In this document: positions 10,876-21,113 of the stretch, piece after piece
Layout: each line of letters starts with the position of its first letter
Numbering within the stretch: position 1 is the first letter of the stretch
NCBI GenBank assembly: GCA_963777955.1
Contig: CAVZSQ010000003.1
Location: 32,001 to 96,000, forward strand
From: Calditrichia bacterium
Lineage (GTDB): Bacteria; Calditrichota; Calditrichia; JAJRVZ01
Direction of reading: 5' to 3'
DNA length: 64,000 nucleotides
The notes under the pieces: model-generated
What the model was told of the DNA's origin: nothing
The model's database searches: none
Seen by the model: the letters and a program-made list of their open reading frames with translations, nothing else
Program-made: the position numbers and the translations under genes

Positions 10876-11022
10876 ATGGTAATGAAAAGAACGACACACC
10901 GCAGTAAAACCGGAACGAAATTGTACGCAGTTCGCGACAGCAAGGGCCGTTTCAAAGACATCCAGACCTACAAAAAAGCACACAGCATGGATATAAAACG
11001 GAAAGGTAAAAAAGAGAAATAA
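10876..11022 (+). CDS. Small basic protein, 48 aa (absent from the ORF track)
   Basis: AAAGGAGA RBS; MVMKRTTHRSKTGTKLYAVRDSKGRFKDIQTYKKAHSMDIKRKGKKEK*. Confidence 0.75.
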   Translation: MVMKRTTHRSKTGTKLYAVRDSKGRFKDIQTYKKAHSMDIKRKGKKEK

Positions 11023-11134
11023 ATTTGAAATTGCTTTTCTGAAAATTATTCCGAATAATCATCAATCTGTTTCAATTGAATTAGCTGGTGAACAATTCCT
11101 GAAGGTTTTAAACACCGGCTAATTTATTTTATAA

Positions 11135-11798
11135 TTGGTATTAGCGGCTCTCCAGATTGGAATATTTTTCCCTGGAGAAAACAAGTGCGATTGCCTTATG
11201 CATGTTTGGGAGACAATAATTACTGCATTTCTGATGGCATTGCTGCCGGCGTTATTTTTCTTCCTGATGGAACGATTTTCAAACAAACGGGCCAGGAAAA
11301 TATCGGCTGATACGATCTTAATGACTTATTCAGCCAAGTTTATCGGGTTGATTCTGGTTTTACTCCTGGCAATTCCGATTATGTTCTTATGGTTGATGGT
11401 GTTCCGGTTGGAAATCCCAACGGGAAGAGAAAAAGTGATGTTTGTTTTATTCGAACTGATATTTATTATTCCCGCGTTGTATATAATGCTGCTTTTTATT
11501 AAGGAAAAAATAAAAGTTTCTCCGGCAGGTCTGGAAGCTGAACTACCCGTTCAAAAAGAATATTATAATGAGTTGGAATGAAATAGCTCATGTCACCTTC
11601 AGTAAAATAACTTCTGCGCTAGTTATAACCGATCATCGTAGTCAAAAACTGAGGATATCGATCTATTTAAACGGCTATAAAGAATTCATAAAAATTGTAG
11701 CAAGCCATGTTCCGTATGAAATTCACAATAATTCAATTTTTACAGCAATTGAACAACAGGAAGTATTTGAGTTGATAAAGGGGAGAAAGAATAGTTGA
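11135..11798 (+). CDS. Membrane protein with a C-terminal PH-like segment, frameshifted near 11550; start uncertain
   Basis: Three hydrophobic helices in 11135-11581, continuing as SWNEIAHV... in 11568-11798. Confidence 0.55.
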
Positions 11799-12244
11799 AG
11801 AATATTGCCCGGGAAATTTCAAAAATCGTGAATCAGAGTGCCGTTATATTACCCCGCCTGAACGACACTCAGGTTATGCTTAAAGCGAAACCGGGCAAAT
11901 GGTCCAAGAAAGAAATTCTCGGTCATCTGATCGATTCGGCGGCCAATAATCACCAGCGTTTTGTGCGGGCCGGTTATGGTGCCGCCCTGGCCTTCCCGCC
12001 GTACGACCAGAATGAATGGGTGCGCATCCAGCGCTATCATGAAGCAGATTGGCAGAGTCTGGTGGAATTGTGGACAGCCTATAACCGTCATTTGTGCAAT
12101 ATCCTCGAGCGCTTGCCGGCCGGGGTGTTATCTGAGCCCTGTGATATCGGTAAGGAGGAACCTGCACCGCTGGAGTTCGTTATAAACGATTATCTGCGCC
12201 ATCTGAAGCATCATCTGAACCAGATACTGGAGAAAGAACTTTAG
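11795..12244 (+). CDS. DinB-family protein
   Basis: KWSKKEILGHLIDSAANNHQRF and DYLRHLKHHL motifs. Confidence 0.9.
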   Translation: MKNIAREISKIVNQSAVILPRLNDTQVMLKAKPGKWSKKEILGHLIDSAANNHQRFVRAGYGAALAFPPYDQNEWVRIQRYHEADWQSLVELWTAYNRHLCNILERLPAGVLSEPCDIGKEEPAPLEFVINDYLRHLKHHLNQILEKEL

Positions 12245-12283
12245 ATTCGGGAGGTGTTGAACAGGAGTGCGGTATATAATAAA

Positions 12284-12325
12284 TGGTAATTAGTAATTGG
12301 TAATTAGTAACTGGTAGTTGGTAAT
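12284..12325 (+). repeat. Tandem heptamer T(G/A)GTAAT x6 (imperfect)
   Basis: tggtaat tagtaat tggtaat tagtaac tggtagt tggtaat. Confidence 0.9.
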
Positions 12326-12422
12326 TTAATCCAGCAGTAATGTGTGTACTGATTCTTGAGTGGAAACTTCTTAGGTATTCAGCGTTAGATCATCAATAAG
12401 ACGATTAGAGCGCATAAAATTT

Positions 12423-12918
12423 ATGGGATTTATCAGAATTACTATTTTGGCCATTGCGCTGGTAATATATCTATATTCATGTCATCCCTTAAAAAACCAG
12501 GGGGTAGAAGCTGATTATTTGCCCGATCTGAAAATTCAGGAGGTGCGATCTGTTTTCATCCGCCCGGAGATAGTTCCCCCAAAGAACGGGCCGAAAATGT
12601 CAATAGTCTATCCGGTAACTGATCTTGAATTTTTTATTGTGATCAAAAATATTGGTAACGCTGATTGGGATAACGACCTGTGCATCTATTACAACCTTGA
12701 TGCCGGCTGGAAAAAGGGTGTGATCAGGATTGCAGAACTGGAAATTCCCTATGCTCTCCATGCTGAAGCATCGTTCAGGTTAAAAATTATAGAACGCCGG
12801 CCAAGTACTGCAACCATAATTATCAATCCAGCCGAGACTGATTCTACTAGAAGGGTGTATATTTGTGAAAGAAGCATTTTATAATAATAACATTTACCAG
12901 ATTAATTTTGATAATTAG
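12423..12918 (+). CDS. Lipoprotein with CARDB-like Ig fold; C-terminal frameshift
   Basis: Lipobox LYSC; PDL and IKNIGN motifs; alternative frame gives ...EEAFYNNNIYQINFDN*. Confidence 0.55.
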
Positions 12919-12978
12919 TTTAAATGATATTCTTAAAGAAATTCATACCCTGAAAATTGTTTGCCGTAATTTATTTTT

Positions 12979-13487
12979 TTAATAGACCGCACCTATATAT
13001 TGATCAGGTGCCCTTAAAAGATATACTTCATGCTGATATATAATTCTTACAACCGCATCGACAATTAGCCCTACTTCCCAATCACAATTAGTACCCACGA
13101 CCATGGCGACTTGATTTTGCTGGCCTGCAGATAACGGAGCAGGCTTGTCGAAGTATGATTTCCAGATAGCGGATTCATGAATCAAATAAATGGCATCACT
13201 GGAAATATTCGCAGAAATAGTGCGGAATCTGTCGCTTCGATATAGGCACAGGCGATGAATAGATATTTATTATCGGTTGTGGGCATGGGCATTAAATTAT
13301 AATACAGATTACAGTGTAAGAAGAATTTTCTGCCGGCGAGATCAATTGTATCCGGAGCAGCCAAAAGTTTGTTTAAGGGTATGTAGGGTGCAGCCGGCTC
13401 ATACGGTAAGACACCTTCAGAGCATGAGAATATATTACCAAGAATTATAATCGACACCAAACCAATTACGTTCCTGAACCTAGGCAT
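12979..13487 (-). CDS. Hypothetical lipoprotein, frameshifted
   Basis: Lipobox IFSC; ORF pieces 13182-13487 and 12979-13185 abut. Confidence 0.55.
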
Positions 13488-13614
13488 TCTCTATATCCTT
13501 CATGATAAGAATAGACTCAATACACAAACACGTTTAAAAATATTACTTTGATTTTGGTATTACGCTAATGTTTAGCACCGAGCCGGAGATTCCAATCAAT
13601 CAATTTTCAAAATA

Positions 13615-14322
13615 TCAATTTCTTTTTTCTTCTGATTCTACGATGTCTTTGTCCACAACCTTGCTGTTCTGGTCCTGATTATACTGGCGATGATATTTTC
13701 CGAACGGCATTGATTTTAAAGCCTGAATATTTACATTTTTTGCCTGGGGGACATAATCGGTGGCGGCAGTCTTGATCGCAGTGGAGGCAACCAGAACTAA
13801 TAGTCCGGCCAGACCACCTGAATTGCCGGAATCACCGGAGGTATCTACGGTGATTGTCCGTTTGTTTTTCCATAAGGTTTCACCAGTTTTTGTAGATACC
13901 AGTTTAAAATCAATTGTAACTGTCACGTTCCCGCCAATGACATAATAGGATGTATTCCATTCGATAATCCTGGTAAATAAAACGGCGTCTGTCCCGAAAT
14001 AATTCAGGAATTTATCCAGCGGCATATTTTCCATACTTCCTATTTCATAAAGGCCCTGTTCCTGCAATATTTGATTTATCACTTCGATTGGAAATATATA
14101 AAATCCAGTCTCGGCCAGAGGTTCAGCAATAGTGGTGGTATAATAGTCTGTTGCTTCGGCGGCGGTGCTTTCATTGAGGGGTGGCAAAACAAGAATTGTG
14201 ACGGGTGATTCCTTGTACATATTCGGGAAAGCCTCCAATTTTGATAACTTGGGAGTACAGGAGATAAGGCTCACAGAAATAATAATGATATAAATAAAAA
14301 GAACTTTTACCATAGGTCGCAT
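13615..14322 (-). CDS. DUF799/GNA1162-family lipoprotein
   Basis: Lipobox LISC; ILVLPPLNES; EPLAETGFYIFP; GTDAVLF; LW motif. Confidence 0.85.
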   Translation of the reverse strand: MRPMVKVLFIYIIIISVSLISCTPKLSKLEAFPNMYKESPVTILVLPPLNESTAAEATDYYTTTIAEPLAETGFYIFPIEVINQILQEQGLYEIGSMENMPLDKFLNYFGTDAVLFTRIIEWNTSYYVIGGNVTVTIDFKLVSTKTGETLWKNKRTITVDTSGDSGNSGGLAGLLVLVASTAIKTAATDYVPQAKNVNIQALKSMPFGKYHRQYNQDQNSKVVDKDIVESEEKRN

Positions 14323-14324
14323 AA

Positions 14325-14676
14325 TTACTCCTGTGATTTTTTAATTTGACTGATTAATCTCTCGACAAATGGTTTGGATTCAGGATAATGCTCAACCTCC
14401 AGTTCAAAGTATTTCAATCCTTCGTCGATACCTCCCTGTTGAACAAGGATATACCCATATTCACAATACAAGCCTGGAGGAACTTTTTTATGCTTTCTTT
14501 CTGCATTCGTGAATATTTCTTCCAAAGTCTCCCGGTGTTTTAATCTGCTTTCATCCCCCGGTTCTTTTTTTAGTTTATACAGGGAGGATGAATAATTGCC
14601 CCAATAGTATATATTAGTAGCCTGGATTGCACCCGGAAATAAAAATGAATAATAATATCAACAAAGTATTTTTCAT
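14325..14676 (-). CDS. DUF4810-family lipoprotein (one +1 frameshift near 14615)
   Basis: MKNTLLILLFIFISGC, then YYWGNY..., VPPGLYCEYG and E..HYPES. Confidence 0.8.
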
Positions 14677-14990
14677 TGAATTTTTATCTCCTTGGTTTCA
14701 CTACTGCCGATATAAAATTTTTCATCGATGAGTAAGGTTTCATTTCTATATACTTTAATCCGGTGATTTCCAGGAGTTATTTTGTACAAGTACAGATCAG
14801 AAAATTTATTTTCATTATTTTGGGGTGTAAAAGCATTCCCTTCATCCACAACAACGGATATGTTTATAAGATCGCCTTTAAAACTTAAAAAACTTTCCGT
14901 TTGGATCTGACTGGTTTGTCCAATGTGCCCGTAATTCCCACAGGAAAAAACCAGCAAGCTGCCTAGCAGCAAAATAAATCTTAACATCAT
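14673..14990 (-). CDS. Hypothetical small lipoprotein (PEGA-like)
   Basis: Lipobox VFSC; ITPGNHRIKV motif; lies inside the operon. Confidence 0.7.
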   Translation of the reverse strand: MMLRFILLLGSLLVFSCGNYGHIGQTSQIQTESFLSFKGDLINISVVVDEGNAFTPQNNENKFSDLYLYKITPGNHRIKVYRNETLLIDEKFYIGSSETKEIKIQ

Positions 14991-14997
14991 TCCTCCC

Positions 14998-15951
14998 TTA
15001 CTTTACTTCTTGTACGAACAAATTGCTAAAATCGGTGGTCAGTATTTCTCCTTCAATAATTGTACAAAGTGCTATTTCATTTTGTTGGTTATCCCCTGCT
15101 AATGAAACCACTTTAATTTTAGCAATATTTTTACCCGGTAACTCAATCAGCATATTTGACTGTGGATTAATTACTTTTTTTCCTCTTTCCACAACAACAA
15201 AAACATCACCAACCATGATACCCTGAGATTTGCCGCCGGATATTAAATAGGTGCCATTATCATAATCTAAAAGGTACGATTTCCACGGTTTATCAAGCAG
15301 ATTGGAAACCAGGTTGCTTACCATTTTCGAAATGGCTACAGAAATAGCCTGATCGTTAAGCGCGGAGTTATAACCGGCATTACTACCCACACCGAGCACT
15401 GTGGCATCTTCAGAACTGGCTTCACCTTCACCTTCTTCTGAATAGGTTATTTGACCCGTTGATATATCCACCAGACGCAGGTATACTTTGGCCCGGGCGG
15501 TCTGTTTTTTAGAACGGGAGAATATGCCAACATCGCTGGTTGTATTTCTACCAAATTCTGAAACAGATCCAACAATTAAATAATCCGCTGGAATATTCAG
15601 CTTTTGAAGATTACCAAATTCAAGTTCTTTATTTATAAACTCGAGATCAGCGCGCTCTAATAATATGAATTTATCAGTCGAGGTTAATTTTGATGATAAA
15701 ATATCCATAGCTTGTTTGGCGATCGGATCATTTTCTTTATCGTAAAAAATGCCTTTGCCATAAACGGTTTCATTTGAAAAACGGGCGATAGCGACTTTTC
15801 TTTTTAGAAATCGGGTGGATTCAGATTCCTGGTTTATTGTTTTACTAATTACAGGCTTTTGATCTACAGTCTCTACTTTAGTAAGGCTTTTATGACAGCC
15901 TGCAAGAATAAACAAACTACCTATCATAAAAAGTACGTATCTCAAGGGCAT
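14998..15951 (-). CDS. CsgG/HfaB-family lipoprotein with a C-terminal extension
   Basis: Lipobox LAGC; KRKVAIARFSNET; FILLERADL; ADYLIVGSVSEFG; GGAGG RBS. Confidence 0.85.
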   Translation of the reverse strand: MPLRYVLFMIGSLFILAGCHKSLTKVETVDQKPVISKTINQESESTRFLKRKVAIARFSNETVYGKGIFYDKENDPIAKQAMDILSSKLTSTDKFILLERADLEFINKELEFGNLQKLNIPADYLIVGSVSEFGRNTTSDVGIFSRSKKQTARAKVYLRLVDISTGQITYSEEGEGEASSEDATVLGVGSNAGYNSALNDQAISVAISKMVSNLVSNLLDKPWKSYLLDYDNGTYLISGGKSQGIMVGDVFVVVERGKKVINPQSNMLIELPGKNIAKIKVVSLAGDNQQNEIALCTIIEGEILTTDFSNLFVQEVK

Positions 15952-16296
15952 TTGAACCTCCTTATCTAAATCATAATTATAAATTTTTGTGGTATTTCAC
16001 GTTTTATAAATAGTCCGCTCAGTAAGAGTCAAAATTTAAAATAGACTTTGTTTCTCGATTTAGCCAGTAATTACAGACAAAGCTAATAGAATATACCCTA
16101 ACTAACTAAAATCCACTCTATTAACAATTAGCGGAAAGAAGATACATGATTATCAATTTGATCCAGTATATAAATGCAAGTTCAAAATACTAACACTCTA
16201 AATATAATTAAAGGATTACCTGAATCAAATAAAAATATTCGATCCTTTGGTATCAATCAGATAAAAAATAACCTGGATTGACTCTCCTTGTCCGCG

Positions 16297-16447
16297 ACCG
16301 CCGTACACATCCAGTGCATAAGTGTCCAACAAAAACTGCAATTTTTATATGAATTGCTGACCGAGATATTGAATTGATTGTCGATGCGGAGGGCTTGGAT
16401 AACCGGAAAGTGTATCTTATGAATAAATTGTGGGGACTTCAGTCCAT
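16297..16447 (-). pseudogene. trpF: Degenerate internal fragment of trpF
   Basis: Aligns by eye to 19934-20085; translates SPQFIHKIHFPVIQALRIDNQFNISVSNSYKNCSF/LDTYALDVYGG versus TrpF SPQYIQEIHYPVIKAFRVDNQFDFSVINAYKNCNFLLDTYSADVYGG. Confidence 0.85.
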
Positions 16448-16456
16448 AGGCAATCA

Positions 16457-16483
16457 GCCCTGGCCATATTTAATGGCCAGGGC
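16457..16483 (-). terminator. Hairpin downstream of the BON gene
   Basis: GCCCTGGCCAT-attta-ATGGCCAGGGC inverted repeat. Confidence 0.6.
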
Positions 16484-16570
16484 GGTGTTACTGCTTAATG
16501 ATGTTCCCGTGTGAATTTATCAGGGAACATTTTCTGACTGGCGGGCAAATCAATCCTGCCTGTCCTCATA

Positions 16571-17311
16571 TTACTTGCTGTTAACTTTGATATTATTAAC
16601 TACTTTCATAGCGTCGGTGTTGAATTCAGCCAAGACTCCTGCCCAGCCTCTGAGTGATTCACTGTCCAGGTTCCCTTCCAGTGTGATATCCGGACCTTTG
16701 ACCACGATGTGGACGGGTGGATACGGCATATAAGCGTAATTTTCAAACATGGGATCGTTGTAAATTGCACGCGCTGCCTCGAAGCGGATATTATCGGGCC
16801 CCTGGTCAAACTGAATTTGATTATCTATTTTTTGAACATTTTTGATCTTTTCGACAATGGTCTGAATTTGCCTGGCTGTCCAGGGCAAATGCCCTGATCC
16901 CTTTAGCGTGATAGTGCCATTATTTGCTTCAACGGTGACCCAGTCAAAAATTGAGTAAAAAACATACCCGTTAATCCGGTCCTGAACTATCTTCGCCAGT
17001 ACGGAATCAGCGACACTGGAAAATTTCACCTTCAGCTCGTTGAGCACGGCATAGCTAGACTCCACATTTTTGACCTCCCGTTCAGCACGCTTCCAGGCGT
17101 TTATAGTAGGCACTTCGCCTTTCAGAGTGACAACTTTGCCGGCAACGGATACCTGAATATTGTTGTTGGCCAGCAGTCCTTTCTGAGCCAGCTGATGCTC
17201 GATCAGGGCTTGCGGTGTCGCTTCGGCCTTTTTCACCTCTTGTGAAACTGCCAGCATCTGAAAAGCAAATACCAGAAAAATTGAAGGGATGATGACAAGT
17301 CTCGATTTCAT
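16571..17311 (-). CDS. Multi-BON-domain periplasmic protein
   Basis: Signal peptide; three repeats of V.L.G...V.N.L.V (VVTLKGEV, TITLKGS, ITLEG); AAGGAG RBS. Confidence 0.85.
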   Translation of the reverse strand: MKSRLVIIPSIFLVFAFQMLAVSQEVKKAEATPQALIEHQLAQKGLLANNNIQVSVAGKVVTLKGEVPTINAWKRAEREVKNVESSYAVLNELKVKFSSVADSVLAKIVQDRINGYVFYSIFDWVTVEANNGTITLKGSGHLPWTARQIQTIVEKIKNVQKIDNQIQFDQGPDNIRFEAARAIYNDPMFENYAYMPYPPVHIVVKGPDITLEGNLDSESLRGWAGVLAEFNTDAMKVVNNIKVNSK

Positions 17312-17540
17312 GGCTCTTCTCCTTCTTTATAACTATTGCAATTATACCAGCCATTACATCCTTTTGTTCCAATTTTCCACTTCCCCCCCCCGTCTCTCCC
17401 AACAGATCAGAATCCACCTCCGTCAATGGGCGGATCCCTGTGTGACGCCAGGCACGCACCTGCCAATCAATTTCTTCCTAAAACGGCTTCTATAACCTTT
17501 TTTACCTCTTAACCTATTTACCTTTTGTCCTTTCCCTCTA

Positions 17541-17611
17541 CCTGACGGTAGATCTTCGACCGGTCTGCCTAGCGGCAGATCTCCGACCTGTCTGCGCCAG
17601 GTCTCCGACCT
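17541..17611. repeat. Three imperfect short repeats (AGATCTCCGACCTGTCTGC-like)
   Basis: agatcttcgaccggtctgc / agatctccgacctgtctgc / aggtctccgacct. Confidence 0.7.
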
Positions 17612-17634
17612 TCTCCCCACAGGCCTTACTCAAC

Positions 17635-18405
17635 TCAGAGATTAACTGTAATGCCTGGAGTATAATCGTGAGGTGTTGATCCCTGCCCCAGCGCACGGAT
17701 CACGGCACTGCCCACGATCACACCATCACAATACGGCGCAAATCGCCGTACATCCGCCGCTCCAAAAATACCGAAACCGATCAGCATCTTGTTCTTGCTG
17801 AGCAATCGATAAGTGCGCTGAATATCTACGAGTGTTTGTGAATTGAATTGATTCTGCATACCGGTGGTGCCGGTGATACTGACACAGTAGACAAAACCCG
17901 AACTGCGGTTGTCGATAGCCCGGATGCGCTCCTTGCCCGAAGTCGGCGTGGTTAATAAGATAATATCCAGATCTTCGGGTCGGCGTCCCCAGAAAGTGTC
18001 ATATTCCTCTAATGGTATATCCGGGATGATCAGACCGTTTATGCCGCTGTTGTAACTATCATCGATGAATTTTTTCAGACCGTAGCGATAAACAGTATTG
18101 GCATAGCCCATCAGGATCAGCGGTTTTTCGGTTTTGGAACGTATTTGTCCGGCATATTTGAAAATCTGCGACAGGTTGATTCCCGCCTCCAGCATTTTCT
18201 GCGAGGCCTGCTGGATAATCGGCCCGTCGGCAATGGGATCGCTGAAGGGGATGCCGATCTCCAGCATATCTGCCCCACGGTCCAAGACATCCACCGCCAG
18301 CGATGTGAAATCCGCCGGCAGTGGATATCCGGCTGGGAGAAAGACAGAAAGGGCTTTGCGCTGTTGTTGATTTATCAGTTCGATATACGATTTAATTTTG
18401 GACAT
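17635..18405 (-). CDS. trpA: Tryptophan synthase alpha chain (probable frameshift near the C-terminus)
   Basis: [38 protein letters not shown] at 18405 preceded by CAGGA. Confidence 0.93.
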   Translation of the reverse strand: MSKIKSYIELINQQQRKALSVFLPAGYPLPADFTSLAVDVLDRGADMLEIGIPFSDPIADGPIIQQASQKMLEAGINLSQIFKYAGQIRSKTEKPLILMGYANTVYRYGLKKFIDDSYNSGINGLIIPDIPLEEYDTFWGRRPEDLDIILLTTPTSGKERIRAIDNRSSGFVYCVSITGTTGMQNQFNSQTLVDIQRTYRLLSKNKMLIGFGIFGAADVRRFAPYCDGVIVGSAVIRALGQGSTPHDYTPGITVNL

Positions 18406-19685
18406 TAGTCTTAATCCTGTATTAGTAATTGGTAATTGGTAATTGGTAATTTGGTTATTGGAATTTGGATTTTGGAATTTGTTATGATCAATATGCTGCA
18501 TGATGGTATTTAGATCTTTGTCTCCTCTGCCACTAATATTAACCACAACGATTTGATGGCGGGAAGTTTCGGGCATCAACTTGTCCAGATAGGCCAAGGC
18601 ATGGGCTGTTTCCAGGGCCGGCAGGATACCTTCATAGCGAGCCAGTTTCAGGGTTGCGGCCATGGCCTGTTCATCGGTGACGGCTGCATAGCGGACTCTT
18701 TTGATATCCTTGAGCAGGGAGTGCTCAGGTCCCACCCCGGGATAATCCAGTCCGGCCGAGATGGAATGGACCGCGAGCTACCTGTCCTTCTTTTGATTGC
18801 AGCAGATAACTTTTCATCCCCTGAAAAATACCGGGTGTGCCTTTGAGCAAAGTCGAACAGTGGCGTCCGGTGCGAAGTCCTGCTCCTGCCGCCTCCACCC
18901 CGATCAGATTAACTTTCCGGTCCTTGATGAAAGGGTAGAAAATACCTATGGCATTCGATCCGCCACCGACACAGGCTACAATATAATCCGGCAGGCGGTC
19001 CGCTCCCGCAGGACTGCCTGATCTGAATCCGGGTCTCCCGGCCGATTACCGACTGAAAGTTGCGCACAATCAAGGGGTAGGGATGCGGTCCCACCACCGA
19101 ACCAATGAGATAGTAAGTGTCGCGCACATTGGTTACCCAGTCGCGGATGGCCTCGTTGGTGGCATCTTTCAATGTACGGGTACCGGACTTGACCGGCCGT
19201 ACTTCGGCCCCCAGGATCTGCATGCGAAAGACGTTCGGTTTCTGGCGTTCAATATCCACTTCACCCATATAGACCACGCATTGCAGATCGAGATTGGCAC
19301 AGACTGTGGCCACGGCCACTCCGTGCTGGCCGGCTCCGGTTTCAGCGATGATCCGCTTTTTACCGATGCGTTTGGCCAGCAGGATCTGTCCCAGAGCATT
19401 ATTAAGTTTGTGGGCACCGGTGTGACACAGGTCCTCCCGCTTTAAATAGATCCGGGCCCGGCCATAATATCCGGTCAGGCGTTTAGCGTAGGTTAAAGGT
19501 GTGGGACGGCCGTTATAGGTTTTCTGTAAATACTCCAGTTCCTGGTGAAAACCCGGATCCTTGCTGGCGGTGTGATATGTTTTTTCCAGATCAGCCAGGG
19601 CCGAGATTAATGTTTCAGGTACATATTTTCCGCCAAAGTCACCGAATTTCCCACGGACATCCGGCCAGCGATAAGCAGGTTTCAT
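18406..19685 (-). CDS. trpB: Tryptophan synthase beta chain (frameshifts around 18740-19010)
   Basis: [63 protein letters not shown]. Confidence 0.93.
18423..18480 (+). repeat. Tandem heptamer TGGTAAT / TGGAATT array at the trpB-trpA junction
   Basis: About 8 imperfect units read directly. Confidence 0.9.
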
Positions 19686-19707
19686 AAATTCACCCAATTA
19701 GTTATGA

Positions 19708-20331
19708 TCAATATTCTCTTGTGCGCAATTTTTCAATCTGTTTAAAGAATGCTTTTAATTTTTCCGGATCTTTCTTGCCGGGTGTACTTTCCACCGCTGA
19801 GGACAGATCCACTCCGGCAGGTTTTACTTTTTGAAACACCTGTTGAATATTGGCAGCCGATATACCTCCGGCCAGCAGGCAGGTTGGACGCAGCCCGGCC
19901 GGGATGCAATTCCAGTTAAAACTTTCGCCAGACCCGCCGTACACATCCGCTGAATAAGTATCCAGTAAGAAATTGCAGTTTTTATATGCATTGATGACCG
20001 AGAAATCGAATTGATTGTCAACACGGAAGGCTTTGATAACCGGGTAATGTATCTCCTGAATATATTGCGGTGACTCATCGCCATGCAGTTGGGCCCCATG
20101 CAAACGGCAGGTGCGGATAATCTGATTAACCGTTTCGGCCTGTTCATTAACAAAGACACCGATCTTGAGCAGCAGCGGCGAAACCTGATTGACGATCTCT
20201 TCAACCTGCTCCGGAGGCACATAGCGTTTGCTGCCGGGGTAAAAAATAAAACCGATGGCGTCGACCCCCAGGCTCTGGCATAATAAGGCATCAGCTAAAT
20301 TGGTAATCCCGCATATTTTAATTCTCATCAT
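19708..20331 (-). CDS. trpF: Phosphoribosylanthranilate isomerase
   Basis: IKICGIT; QLHGDE; GGSGESFNW; LAGGI; VDLSSAVE. Confidence 0.95.
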   Translation of the reverse strand: MMRIKICGITNLADALLCQSLGVDAIGFIFYPGSKRYVPPEQVEEIVNQVSPLLLKIGVFVNEQAETVNQIIRTCRLHGAQLHGDESPQYIQEIHYPVIKAFRVDNQFDFSVINAYKNCNFLLDTYSADVYGGSGESFNWNCIPAGLRPTCLLAGGISAANIQQVFQKVKPAGVDLSSAVESTPGKKDPEKLKAFFKQIEKLRTREY

Positions 20332-21113
20332 TGCACCATTGTTTAAGTTCATGAAGGGCTGCACCCGGATCAGCGGCACGCAGCAAATGCCCACCGACCA
20401 GTATAGCCTGAATACCCGCCTGTTTTATATTTTCTATCTGTGATTTTTCCCGGATACCGCTTTCGGCTACTGTGACAATTTCAGCAGGTAAAAATTTTTT
20501 GATACGAATCGCCGTCTGCGGATCTACGCTTAAATCATTCAGGTTACGATTATTGATTCCGATCAAGCGGTTTTGTTGCAGATCAATTTTCTCAAGTTGT
20601 TCCTCACTGTGCAATTCGAGCAAGACATCCAGATTGACAGTTGAGGCGGCCTGGGTTAACTCAGCAATCTGGTTGGCGGATAAAATTTCTGCGATCAGCA
20701 GGATAGCATCGGCTCCGGCGGCACATGCCTCGTAAATCTGATATTCATCAAGAATAAAATCTTTGCGCAGTAAGGGGATCCGGCAGAAAGCGGCAATCCG
20801 GCGTAAATATTCTATATCGCCCTGAAAAAATTTACGATCGGTCAGTACCGATATGGCTGTGGCCTGGTTCGTTTCATAACTGCGGGCGATTTTTTCCGGA
20901 TCGAAATCGGTGCGGATCACACCGGCCGCCGGACTGGCCTTTTTAACTTCAGCGATTACGGCCAACTGCCTGGACCGGCGCAGTGCCTGGATTAGACTTC
21001 TGGTCGGCCGGTTAAAAAATCCGGCATCACGGAAATCCTCGCGGTGGTAGCGAAGATGCAGTTGCCGGATCTCTTCGTTTTTTACCTCGGACGATCTGAT
21101 CCAGAATATTCAT
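20318..21113 (-). CDS. trpC: Indole-3-glycerol phosphate synthase (+1 frameshift near 21090)
   Basis: MNILDQIV start overlapping the trpD stop; IAEVKKASP; LRKDFI; GINNRNL; VAESGI. Confidence 0.93.

Noticed and set aside
14998..15951. Curli biogenesis system
   Set aside because: No curlin-repeat genes or csgE/F; the neighbours are DUF4810 and DUF799
17335..17470. Sigma54 promoter upstream of the BON gene
   Set aside because: Candidate GG...GC pairs have 9- or 11-nt spacing rather than the required 10
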